A stretch of DNA of 64,000 nucleotides from contig JAEEJI010000128.1 of assembly GCA_016281825.1 (NCBI GenBank), forward strand, positions 6,241 through 70,240, in the 5' to 3' direction. Origin of the DNA: Muribaculaceae bacterium. Lineage in GTDB: Bacteria > Bacteroidota > Bacteroidia > Bacteroidales > Muribaculaceae. Position numbers and translations under genes: made by a program. Shown here piece after piece: positions 18,524-26,868 of this stretch. Numbering within the stretch: position 1 is the first letter of the stretch; every line of letters begins with the position of its first letter. The notes under the pieces were generated by a model. It was given only the letters and a program-made list of their open reading frames with translations. It was not told the origin of the DNA and made no database searches.

Positions 18524-19951
18524 CTATCGTCTGACGATGCGCATGTGGCTCTTAGGATAGCGCAGCACCAGGCAGGAAGCCTCGGTGAGCACCAATGCCT
18601 CGGTGTTTCTCGTGCCGCTTTTCTTGAGGTCGAGCGATGCGGTGTTGAACGGGATGTGCACGTACTTCTGCACGTACTGCGGGTCGATGACGATACCGTT
18701 CTCGCTCAAGCCGCACTCGTCGAACACCTCGCTGAGCAGCAGGTAGAGCGTGCCGAACTTGCTCGTCAGCTGGGTGAAGTCGATGCCCCACTTGCTCACG
18801 CTCTCTCGCGCCAGCACCACGCGGTCATAGTCGAGGTTGCTCAGATAGCCGATGAGTCGGCTGCCGCCCAGCAGGATCTTGCGCTTGCTGCCGTTGTTTC
18901 CGGTGAATGCCATGCGCATCAGTTCCACAGTCTTCTCGCGAGTGAAAGTTTCGGAGGTGTAGTTGAACTGCTTGCCCGCCTGTCGCCAGATGCCTCCGGT
19001 GAACATGATGTTCTCTTTCTTGTCGGGGTCCCAGATTCTGGCCTTTTTGCCGAAGAGGTAGGACTTCTCCATGCCCAGTCGCATGTCGTAGATGGCGGCC
19101 TCTTCCTGGTCGGTCAAGTCCCATCCCACTTCCTTGTTGCTCAGATGCTGCAGGGTGCTTTCCTCGACCTGCATCTTGAAGATTTGGCAGAAGTTCTGCT
19201 TCTTCGAGGGCAGTGCCTCGAACTGCGGGCTCTGCACGTCCAGCTCGCTGGCGGCGCGTCCCATGCGGATGAGCGTGGTGCCTTCCTCGAGGTCGGGCAG
19301 ACAGTTGGGGACACCCTGCACGGTCTTGCCGTTGATGGCCATGACCTGCAGGCCTCCCGAAATGTCACGGCTGGCGACATAGAGCACCAGTTCTTGCTCG
19401 CTGATGGTGACGCCGTCATCCTCGTAGCCCTGCACGCCCTGCACGAGGATGGTGTCGCTGGTGTCGAAAATCTCGTCATTATCGGTGAACAGGCGGAACT
19501 TCGGTGTTGCACCGCCGGGGGTGACGTCATCGCCCTCGGAGTAGGAGTCGCACAACACGGTGCTGGTGGGCTTGGTGTCAACCTGGTAGTAGTCGACAAT
19601 CATGCTGCCCGCATGCTTGCTGCCAGCGTAACGCGAGATCTGGTCGAGCGGGGTCGCCATGGGGCGGATTTTCACGATTTGCTGGTCAATCTCGTTGAGC
19701 AGCAGCGAGGGTGACGCTTGGCGCGTCAAGTCGGTTGTCAGTGGTCCATCGACCACATGCTGGCCACCATCAGTGCCGGGGACGATGGTGCCGGGGACAG
19801 CCATCGAAAGGACTGTCGCGGCACCAACGTCGCAGCCAAAGGCGAGGATGGCGACGAAGATAAAGATCAGAACAAGGAGGATGACTCGGTAGTTGCGGTG
19901 CATCCACTTCACCGCATTGCGCCAGCGGCGCAGGGTTGAAATTGTTTTCAT
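18524..19951 (-). CDS. phage major capsid protein-like (SU10_MCP/DUF5309 family, HK97 fold predicted)
   Basis: KIRPMATPLDQI, MGRAASE..NFCQIFKMQVEES, E.AIYDMRLGMEKSYLFG, FTGGI, FGTL and C-terminal L.EASCL.LRYP.SH match my recollection of this MCP family; N-terminal hydrophobic leader. Confidence 0.8.
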   Translation of the reverse strand: MKTISTLRRWRNAVKWMHRNYRVILLVLIFIFVAILAFGCDVGAATVLSMAVPGTIVPGTDGGQHVVDGPLTTDLTRQASPSLLLNEIDQQIVKIRPMATPLDQISRYAGSKHAGSMIVDYYQVDTKPTSTVLCDSYSEGDDVTPGGATPKFRLFTDNDEIFDTSDTILVQGVQGYEDDGVTISEQELVLYVASRDISGGLQVMAINGKTVQGVPNCLPDLEEGTTLIRMGRAASELDVQSPQFEALPSKKQNFCQIFKMQVEESTLQHLSNKEVGWDLTDQEEAAIYDMRLGMEKSYLFGKKARIWDPDKKENIMFTGGIWRQAGKQFNYTSETFTREKTVELMRMAFTGNNGSKRKILLGGSRLIGYLSNLDYDRVVLARESVSKWGIDFTQLTSKFGTLYLLLSEVFDECGLSENGIVIDPQYVQKYVHIPFNTASLDLKKSGTRNTEALVLTEASCLVLRYPKSHMRIVRR

Positions 19952-20095
19952 GGCTTTTTTAGTTTAGAGTTAAGACCGCGCAATGCGCTAGACCATTGTA
20001 TTGGTAGATTGTCCTTCGGACTGGTAGATCGCTACGCTGGTAGTTTATTGATTGAGTAGAGGTTTAAGAGCGGGGAAATTGTGCATTATGCATTG

Positions 20096-20443
20096 TCACA
20101 GATCCCAGATGGTGCGGCGGTTGTAGTGTGGGATGGGCAGCGGGGGTAGTTCGCAGTCGTCGTCAGACGTGTCGAAGTGCTGTGTCGCCTCGATGACTTC
20201 GTTGCGTCCTCGCAGGTAGCCCTCGGCATCGGCCTGTGCCAGCAAGTCCTGGATGTGCGCCGCCAGTGTGGGAGGCAACTGCCGCATCGCCTCGACAGGG
20301 TCTTCGGGTAGTGAGGAAGCGACAACAGGCGCTGGTTCGTGTGGCAGAGGATGTGGCGGGGGTGGCAAATTGGTGCCCTGTAGCGATGCCACGTCGACTT
20401 CAGGGACAAACTCCCGCTCTTGGATTGAATCGGTGTTGTTCAT
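20096..20443 (-). CDS. short Pro/acid-rich protein resembling a capsid scaffold C-terminal fragment
   Basis: Directly upstream of the MCP gene; disordered N-terminus, helix LLAQADAEGYLRGRNEVIE, C-terminal RRTIWDL. Confidence 0.55.
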   Translation of the reverse strand: MNNTDSIQEREFVPEVDVASLQGTNLPPPPHPLPHEPAPVVASSLPEDPVEAMRQLPPTLAAHIQDLLAQADAEGYLRGRNEVIEATQHFDTSDDDCELPPLPIPHYNRRTIWDL

Positions 20444-20518
20444 GGCTTAATAAAGTTTATAGTTTAGAGTTTAAAGTTTAGATTGCGCTGCGGGGCTGGC
20501 AGCGTCGGGTTGACGTTG

Positions 20519-20526
20519 CAAAATTA
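20519..20526 (-). promoter_or_regulatory. -7 promoter box for the scaffold/MCP operon
   Basis: CAAAATTA on + equals TAATTTTG on -, ~75 bp upstream of ATG 20443. Confidence 0.55.
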
Positions 20527-20619
20527 CAATGTCTGAGAAGTGAAGCACCACCCCTGCTTATAGGAGTCAGGGGTGAGGGCTCGCTGGCGCGAGCGGTCAG
20601 GGGTCAGCAGAATTCTGAT

Positions 20620-20691
20620 AGCGCGTAGCGCCCTGACACCTGACAGCGCGTAGCGCCCTGACACCTGACAGCGCGTAGCGCCCTGACACCT
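20620..20691. repeat. 25-bp tandem repeat, about 2.9 copies
   Basis: agcgcgtagcgccctgacacctgac repeated without spacers; degenerate inverted copies at ~20566-20608. Confidence 0.9.
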
Positions 20692-22676
20692 TAATAGAGG
20701 TCGTAGTCGGTGTTGAGCACCTGGAACTCGGTGCGGCGGTTGATTTGGTCGGCTGCTGCCTTGTCCTCGTCGCTAAGGCCGTTGATGAACTCCTCATTGA
20801 GTACGGTACCTTCGGGGAACTGGGGGTATTGCTTGGCGATGTGCTTGGTCACCGTCTTGGGCACAGTTTTTCCGTATCCTTTGGGTTTGAGTCGGTCGCG
20901 TGAAATGCCGTGTGCGATGAGGTAGTCGACCACGCTCTTGGCACGGCGGTCGCTCAGCCCGTTGTTGTAGTGGTCACTGCCGATGCGGTCGGTGTGCGAT
21001 GCCATCTCGATGGTGATGTTGGGGTTGTCCTTCATCACCTGCACCATCTCGTCGAGAGCCTCCTTGCTCTCGTCGCGCAACGCCGCCTTGTCATAGTCGT
21101 AGAAGATTTGCTCGATGACCTGCGGCTTGAACATCGCCGCCAGGATGAAGTCGACATTATACTCCGCATCGGCCTCCTCGGGGTCGCTCTTGAACTGCTG
21201 CTTGCTGTTGAGGTAACCCTTTGCACCGGCAAGCATGACATAGTTCACCCCTCGTTGCAGGTCAAAGCGGAACGAGCCGTCGGGCTTTCCCGCCGCCTTT
21301 TGGTTGCTGCCGTCGTCACCCACGATGCGTATGATGGCATTGGGCACTGGCTCGTCGTCCTTGTCGAGGACATATCCACTAATCCACACCTTCAGGTCGG
21401 GTTTCTCGAAACTGAAGATGTGGTCGTAGCCGCGTCCGTCGCCGCGGTTGCTGCTGAAGTAGCCCGCCTCGGTCTGTGTGCGGTCGTAGGTGATGCCGAA
21501 GTCATCGTAGGGCGAGTTCATCGGCGCACCCATGTTCTCGATAAACCACACGCCCGAAGGTTGCAGCTTGGCGCAGAACAGGTCCAGCCCGCCCATGCCC
21601 GGATGTCCGTTACTGCTGAAGTAGAACGTACTGTCATCGCGGCAGTAGGGGAAGCGCTCGTCGCCGGGGGTGTTGATTTGCTCGCCCAGGTTCTCGAGCG
21701 TGCCATGCTTGTCCTTGAGGTTGATGCGCCACAGGTCCAGACCACCGAAGCCTCCGGGCATGTCGCTGGTGAAGTACAGCCACTGGCCGTCGGCACTCAC
21801 CGCTGGGTCGCTGTAACTGCTGAGGGTGTCGGCGGTAATCTCAAACTTCTGCGGTGCGCTCCACTGTGCCTCGCTGCGCGTGCTGGTGTAAATCTCGACA
21901 TTGCTCGGCGCATTCTTGCGTATTGCCTTGGCGAAGTACATCATCGAGCCATCGGGGGTGAACGATGTGATGCCCTCGTCCCACTCGGTGTTAAGTTCGC
22001 CTCCTGCGGGTTCCAAGCGGCTCCAGTGCCCCTTCTCGTCTTTTTTGCTAAAGAACACATCGCTCTTCTTCGTGCCAGTGATTTCACTCTTGGTCTCTCC
22101 CGTAGCCTTCTCGGTACTCGAGGTGACGTAAAGTTGGTCGGCACTCTTGTCCAGGAACTGCGGACAGAAGTCGGCACGGCGTGAGTTGAACAGTTTTGCC
22201 GACTTCACGATGTAGCGCGAGCCCTCCTCTTTCCACTTCGGTCCCAGTTGGCACCCACGGATGCCCAGCTGCGACGGCCAGTGGTCAGGCACCAGCTCTA
22301 GGAACTCATTGTAACGCTTGATGGCCTCGCCCCACTTGCCGTCGTGGTGCAGCGCCTCGGCCAGGTAGAAGATTGCCATCGAGTCCTCGTACTCATAGCG
22401 GATGGCATTCTGGAAGGCAGCACTGGCACGCTGTGCCTGGCTCAAGTGGCGGTAGCACTGCCCCATCATGAAGGCAATCTCTCCGCGACGCCAACGGTCC
22501 TCCTTGTTCTTGTACTTGTTGTAGAGCTTGCGATAGATGTTTGCCGCGGCGTCATATTCGCCACGTTCGTAAGCCTCGTCGGCATCGCGCATCTTCGCGC
22601 TCTTGCACGAGGTAGTCCCCACCGCCATTGCGCCGATGAGGGCTATGAGGAATATGTAAATGAGTCGTCGGGTCAT
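20691..22676 (-). CDS. porE: PorE-like lipoprotein (TPR, PD40 propeller, carboxypeptidase-regulatory-like and OmpA domains)
   Basis: Lipoprotein signal ending TTSC, TPRs, repeated LYFTSDMPGGFGGLDLW / FSSNGHPGMGGLD, OmpA SHTD..N.GLS.RRA.SV and NRRTEF; start refined to ATG 22676. Confidence 0.85.
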   Translation of the reverse strand: MTRRLIYIFLIALIGAMAVGTTSCKSAKMRDADEAYERGEYDAAANIYRKLYNKYKNKEDRWRRGEIAFMMGQCYRHLSQAQRASAAFQNAIRYEYEDSMAIFYLAEALHHDGKWGEAIKRYNEFLELVPDHWPSQLGIRGCQLGPKWKEEGSRYIVKSAKLFNSRRADFCPQFLDKSADQLYVTSSTEKATGETKSEITGTKKSDVFFSKKDEKGHWSRLEPAGGELNTEWDEGITSFTPDGSMMYFAKAIRKNAPSNVEIYTSTRSEAQWSAPQKFEITADTLSSYSDPAVSADGQWLYFTSDMPGGFGGLDLWRINLKDKHGTLENLGEQINTPGDERFPYCRDDSTFYFSSNGHPGMGGLDLFCAKLQPSGVWFIENMGAPMNSPYDDFGITYDRTQTEAGYFSSNRGDGRGYDHIFSFEKPDLKVWISGYVLDKDDEPVPNAIIRIVGDDGSNQKAAGKPDGSFRFDLQRGVNYVMLAGAKGYLNSKQQFKSDPEEADAEYNVDFILAAMFKPQVIEQIFYDYDKAALRDESKEALDEMVQVMKDNPNITIEMASHTDRIGSDHYNNGLSDRRAKSVVDYLIAHGISRDRLKPKGYGKTVPKTVTKHIAKQYPQFPEGTVLNEEFINGLSDEDKAAADQINRRTEFQVLNTDYDLY

Positions 22677-23417
22677 TTCAATCAATGCAATGAAGCTTTT
22701 AGCCATTAGTCTACCAGTGCAGCGGTCTACCAACGCGAAGCGCGGTCTTCTTTCTCTAAACGAACGCATTGCCCGGTTTATTGTACATGAGTACCCTCTG
22801 CCCTCCCGACAGCGCTGACTGTCTAGATAATCAAGAATTTTCCAGGCAAAAATCGATTACCTTTGCACAACATTGCTATACCATTCTAGATAGTCTAGAA
22901 TTCTAGAATATCTAGACCTCTAAAAATTTTTTTCAAAAAAAATGTGCGAAAAATTTGGTCATGTCAAAAAAAAGTATCTCTTTTGCATGATGAAAAAGTG
23001 AAGTAACCCTAATTTTTAGGTAATGTCATGATTTTCACACATTTACAACAATTCAAGGCAGCAGAGTCTGCCATGAAAACCTCAACATTCCAGGTCTTTT
23101 ACCGGTCCGCCTGTCCATGGGAACGAGCCACCTTCTCCGACACGGACTCAAACGCACACTGACGACCGCCCATGTGGAGGCCGAGCCCATCCTCCGAGAG
23201 GAGTTCTACTGATTTGAGTGAATGCTGCTTGGTTTAATTATCAACTTTTAACGATTGCAAAGTACCCCCATTGCCGTGTCGTATCGACACTGCGATGCCC
23301 TAATCCCGCCCTGTAGTGCCGGGTGCGCCCGCTACGGTTCATGGCCGTTACGGAGCGCACTGGCGACACCAGGTGCCCGGAAAAAACTTAATTCTAACCT
23401 ATTAACGCACCTCGGAT

Positions 23418-23609
23418 ATGGAAAGACTTTACATCCTACGACTCATCACGTTGTGCTGGGCCATCACCAGCCTGGCCACCAGCGACAACCTCGCCACCGA
23501 CATGACGCAAGAACTCGTGTTCGCCCTGATGGGCACCTGCATCGAACGGACCCATCTGGGTCAGACCGCAGAAAGTGCTTTCGAGCTTCTCGACCTTCTC
23601 GCCGCGTGA
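23418..23609 (+). CDS. small hypothetical protein (63 aa)
   Basis: ATG ORF with host-like codon usage and helical composition. Confidence 0.45.
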   Translation: MERLYILRLITLCWAITSLATSDNLATDMTQELVFALMGTCIERTHLGQTAESAFELLDLLAA

Positions 23610-23643
23610 GCGAGCCTACCACCGCCCCCCCTCTCCCCTTGTA

Positions 23644-23861
23644 GGAGGGTGTGTCATAATTCGAACAACAATTTAAACAACTGAAAAAAGCGATTAAGCG
23701 AGTACCATGCGAGCTAGCTTGCTGATGGTCGAGCGTGAGCTTTTTATCAAAATATCTGAATGTTCTGATTGTTTATAAATTGATTGTCAAAATGCTTCGA
23801 TTGTTTATTTTATCAGAATTTTCAGAACAATCAGTTGTTTTATATTTTTGACACACCCTCG
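23644..23861. mobile_element. MITE (~217 bp, non-autonomous)
   Basis: TIRs gagggtgtgtcataa / ttttgacacaccctc, flanking TGTA duplication (23640-23643 and 23862-23865), AT-rich non-coding interior. Confidence 0.8.
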
Positions 23862-23912
23862 TGTAGGGGAGGACTTGCAGAAAAACTATTACCCACTCTA
23901 AACAAGATGATT

Positions 23913-24110
23913 ATGAGTAAAGACAACACTACCACCGCCCCCAACACCTCCATCAACCCCAAAGAAGTCGACGCGCACGCCAAGAAATTCTTCGAGAGTT
24001 ACCCGACCGAAATGCTCGAAGACGAGGAAGGACTCAAACTGCTCGATGAACTTCTAAGCATTCTTGACAAGGCAACAAGCGCCGAGGAAGCGACCGAGAA
24101 CGAGGACTAA
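23913..24110 (+). CDS. small acidic hypothetical protein (65 aa)
   Basis: MSKDNTT..EEGLKLLDELLSIL..; host-like codons; upstream extension in the ORF track lies within the MITE. Confidence 0.6.
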   Translation: MSKDNTTTAPNTSINPKEVDAHAKKFFESYPTEMLEDEEGLKLLDELLSILDKATSAEEATENED

Positions 24111-24169
24111 CCGCCTCCATCAACAAAAAACGCAACACCCTCCCCAAAAAGTTCCAACGGCACTAACTT

Positions 24170-24185
24170 TGGCATGGGTTTTGCT
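24170..24185 (+). promoter_or_regulatory. sigma-54-type -24/-12 promoter candidate
   Basis: TGGCATGGGTTTTGCT fits GG-N10-GC with TGGCA and TTGC, 100 bp upstream of ATG 24285. Confidence 0.5.
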
Positions 24186-24284
24186 GTAACATTTTTTGGA
24201 TTTTGTTTGCATTCTTTTTATGAGAATGCGTTGCAAATCAACTTCAAATTACAATGTACTAAAACAACTTAAAACTAACTGATT

Positions 24285-25466
24285 ATGAACCAAGATTACA
24301 ATTTAGAGAACCGCCCTGCCGACCAGGCAGAGGGCGACAACGTTGAGAGTGTAAACAACTCTATTACCGATCCCGAGCAAGCCGCCGTGACCGAAGCACC
24401 CGCTGAAGTCGCGTCCGAGGAAGCCCCCACCGAAGCTCCCACCGAGAACGATGCTACGAAACAAGAAGATGAAGAAGGCTGTTTTCTGGGCTGTATCGGC
24501 TTGTGCTTTGACCTCATCCTCAAGTCCTGGCAATGGATTGTCGCTGCAATCGTGCTAGGAATGATTGGTTGGTTCGCCTACGTAATCTATGAAGAGACCA
24601 CTCACGCCTCTCCTGGCAAGGATGATGTCCGCGTGAACGGCATCTCGTACGGCGAAGCGCGCTATTGGCCCTACAAGGGCTACCGCGTCTACCGCAACAG
24701 CGACCACCGCGTGCTCGTGTGGGGTTCCGAATTTGTACACACGCTTGATGACGATATGACGCTGGTGTACGACATGAAGGACACGCTGCATCTGCTCAAC
24801 TGCGAGAAGGCGACCTTCATCCCCGGAAAGTTCAAGGATGTCTACTATTCCGGCGAAAACATGATTTCCGTGTGTACGATGGACGACAAGCTAAGCATCC
24901 TGGACTCCGATGGGAAGGTCGTCTTCGACAAGTTGGACATCTGGAACCGCCAAGAAATCCCGCTGTTCAAGAATGGATATGCCGTATACTACACTTCTGA
25001 AAATGGCGAAGGGTTGCTCAGCAGCGACGGCCACTGGGCTATCAAGCCAGGCGAGTACAACAGCATCCATCTAGACCTGGACATGTGCAGAGTTGTGAAA
25101 GACGGCCTGACCGGCCTCTATGACCTAGACTCGGCTCGGCTGGTCATACCGTGCTTGTACGAGGACATCTATCACAGCACCATGGGAAATACCGTGGCCG
25201 AGATATTCGCTGAACGATCATTCGCTACCGATACCACATACTATGGCGACATCGTCATCGAGTCGGTGCAGTCGTTGGGCTATGGAATGTACAGCTACCT
25301 GTGCAAGGGCGGCTACGGCTTATTGAGCGAGGCACACGGCCTCGTCACGCCACCCATGTACAGCGCCATCACCCACATCGGCGACCGCATCCTGTGCCGC
25401 ACCGGCAACGACCGGCTCGACATTTTTGAGGATGACGACAGAGTATTCCCACATCCCGTCGACTAA
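24285..25466 (+). CDS. membrane-anchored WG-repeat-like protein
   Basis: Acidic disordered N-terminus, TM WQWIVAAIVLGMIGWFAYVIY, repeats GLLSSDGHWAIKP / GLYDLDS..VIPCLY / YGLLSEAHGLVTPPMY. Confidence 0.7.
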   Translation: MNQDYNLENRPADQAEGDNVESVNNSITDPEQAAVTEAPAEVASEEAPTEAPTENDATKQEDEEGCFLGCIGLCFDLILKSWQWIVAAIVLGMIGWFAYVIYEETTHASPGKDDVRVNGISYGEARYWPYKGYRVYRNSDHRVLVWGSEFVHTLDDDMTLVYDMKDTLHLLNCEKATFIPGKFKDVYYSGENMISVCTMDDKLSILDSDGKVVFDKLDIWNRQEIPLFKNGYAVYYTSENGEGLLSSDGHWAIKPGEYNSIHLDLDMCRVVKDGLTGLYDLDSARLVIPCLYEDIYHSTMGNTVAEIFAERSFATDTTYYGDIVIESVQSLGYGMYSYLCKGGYGLLSEAHGLVTPPMYSAITHIGDRILCRTGNDRLDIFEDDDRVFPHPVD

Positions 25467-25599
25467 CTAGCGACCTCTCCCCCTCCCAACGGGTGAGGGG
25501 GGGGAGTATTCTCCTAGTGGGCAAAAATGTTAAACAAATCTTAAAATCCCCTCCACCCTTCTCCATCCCCCCAAAAATCAGTAATTTTTTGATAAATTA

Positions 25600-25673
25600 C
25601 GCTACGTCTCGGAAGTAAAAATAAAAAAAGTTCCTTTTTTATTTTGTACTTCGCTCAACTTGCAGTAATTTTG
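25600..25673 (+). promoter_or_regulatory. dispersed hairpin repeat ending in a -7 box upstream of the kinase operon
   Basis: gctacgtctcgg..hairpin..cgctcaacttgcag followed by TAATTTTG at 25666-25673. Confidence 0.55.
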
Positions 25674-25756
25674 TGTGTTTAAACACAAACTCTTGCAATA
25701 TCTTCTTCAAGGGTTTATAATAAATCTAGAATATCACAATTTAACACTATAGTATT

Positions 25757-26767
25757 ATGGCTTTATTAAATAACTGGAAAACGAAGTTTAAAAGTGCAGT
25801 GTTGGGTAATGACACAAAAGTGGAGTCTCCCAGCGAAACGACAACATTCCTAACGCGACAAGAATTGCTTGACGCGCTGTTCTTCCATTTCCATCTAAGA
25901 CAGAAAGAAGAGACCACCGACGAGAGCTTGCTTTTTGCCACCAGTTTCATGGTTTACATGAATCAGGAGGATTACCAAAAGCGTCAGCAATCATTTGCCC
26001 CTACAGTCAAAGACGCAGTCAACAAGTTCAATAAAGCAATCCGCAAAGAGATGGGGAGATACCCCGACTATAGACCACATGCTGAATTCTGGCAGTTCCA
26101 GTTTGTGCCTCTTGAACAAGGCAATCTTGTCGAAGGAATGAAGAAAGCCTCTCTTGCTCACAAAGAGATATTTATCCTCTCGTCAATCTACCCCATCCGC
26201 GCCAATAATGATGGTGTTGGTGGCGCTAAGAATAATGAACGCATGGTGGCAACCGTACATGATTCCAAAAACTCACGCACCATGGATGACTGGGCCATCA
26301 ACGTTGCCAATTTATCCAATCTGACCATTTTAGCCAAAGACCAATTCCAAGTGTCTTTCAACGACTTTGAAGAGGTTCGCGGCGAGATCAAGAGTGAAGC
26401 CCCTGAGGACATTGCTCGCGCTACCATCAAAATCACGCAGAGCCATTTCCTTGTCAACGACCGCCGTGAGCGAGCGATATATATGTTGAATGACCACCTG
26501 CTTATATCGGGTCGTGGTGGAAGGAGTACCAGCGGCGGCATGCCGGTAGCTCGAATCGACAACGACAACATCATCAACGAACAAATCACATTCCACTACC
26601 GTCATGACATGCATCGATTGTTCATGAAAGCTGTGGGAGATGTTAAGCTCAACGAAGTCCCATTCAGCCAACTAGACCTAACCAACGGTTGGGCCATGGT
26701 TCCTAACAAGTCAGCAATCCTCATCAACTCGGAGATTCAACTCGAAATTATCGATATCAAAAAATAA
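25757..26767 (+). CDS. FhaA-like protein (DUF3662-like N-terminus, degenerate FHA-like C-terminus)
   Basis: ATSFMVYMNQEDY segment; beta-rich C-terminus with ISGRG but no SxxH; first gene of the operon. Confidence 0.5.
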   Translation: MALLNNWKTKFKSAVLGNDTKVESPSETTTFLTRQELLDALFFHFHLRQKEETTDESLLFATSFMVYMNQEDYQKRQQSFAPTVKDAVNKFNKAIRKEMGRYPDYRPHAEFWQFQFVPLEQGNLVEGMKKASLAHKEIFILSSIYPIRANNDGVGGAKNNERMVATVHDSKNSRTMDDWAINVANLSNLTILAKDQFQVSFNDFEEVRGEIKSEAPEDIARATIKITQSHFLVNDRRERAIYMLNDHLLISGRGGRSTSGGMPVARIDNDNIINEQITFHYRHDMHRLFMKAVGDVKLNEVPFSQLDLTNGWAMVPNKSAILINSEIQLEIIDIKK

Positions 26768-26772
26768 CGTCT

Positions 26773-26865
26773 ATGCTTAATTGGCTTTTCACACTTGCTA
26801 TTTTTGTACTCGTATTGTTCTTGTTGCGCGAGCACTTCACCAATTATCCCAAATCCAAGAATTGA
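26773..26865 (+). CDS. 30-aa single-TM microprotein
   Basis: MLNWLFTLAIFVLVLFLLREHFTNYPKSKN fills the intergenic gap with 5-bp and 3-bp spacings. Confidence 0.6.
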   Translation: MLNWLFTLAIFVLVLFLLREHFTNYPKSKN

Positions 26866-26868
26866 GCC

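Noticed and set aside
20620-20691. CRISPR-like 25-bp repeats
   Set aside because: Units are directly adjacent with no spacers, and no cas genes are present
23784-23912. N-terminal extension of the 108-aa ORF in the track
   Set aside because: Derives largely from MITE sequence; likely start is ATG 23907 or 23913
17125-25700. Prophage around the capsid gene
   Set aside because: Flanks are host genes (trmH-like, porE); no integrase, terminase, portal, tail or att repeats recognisable
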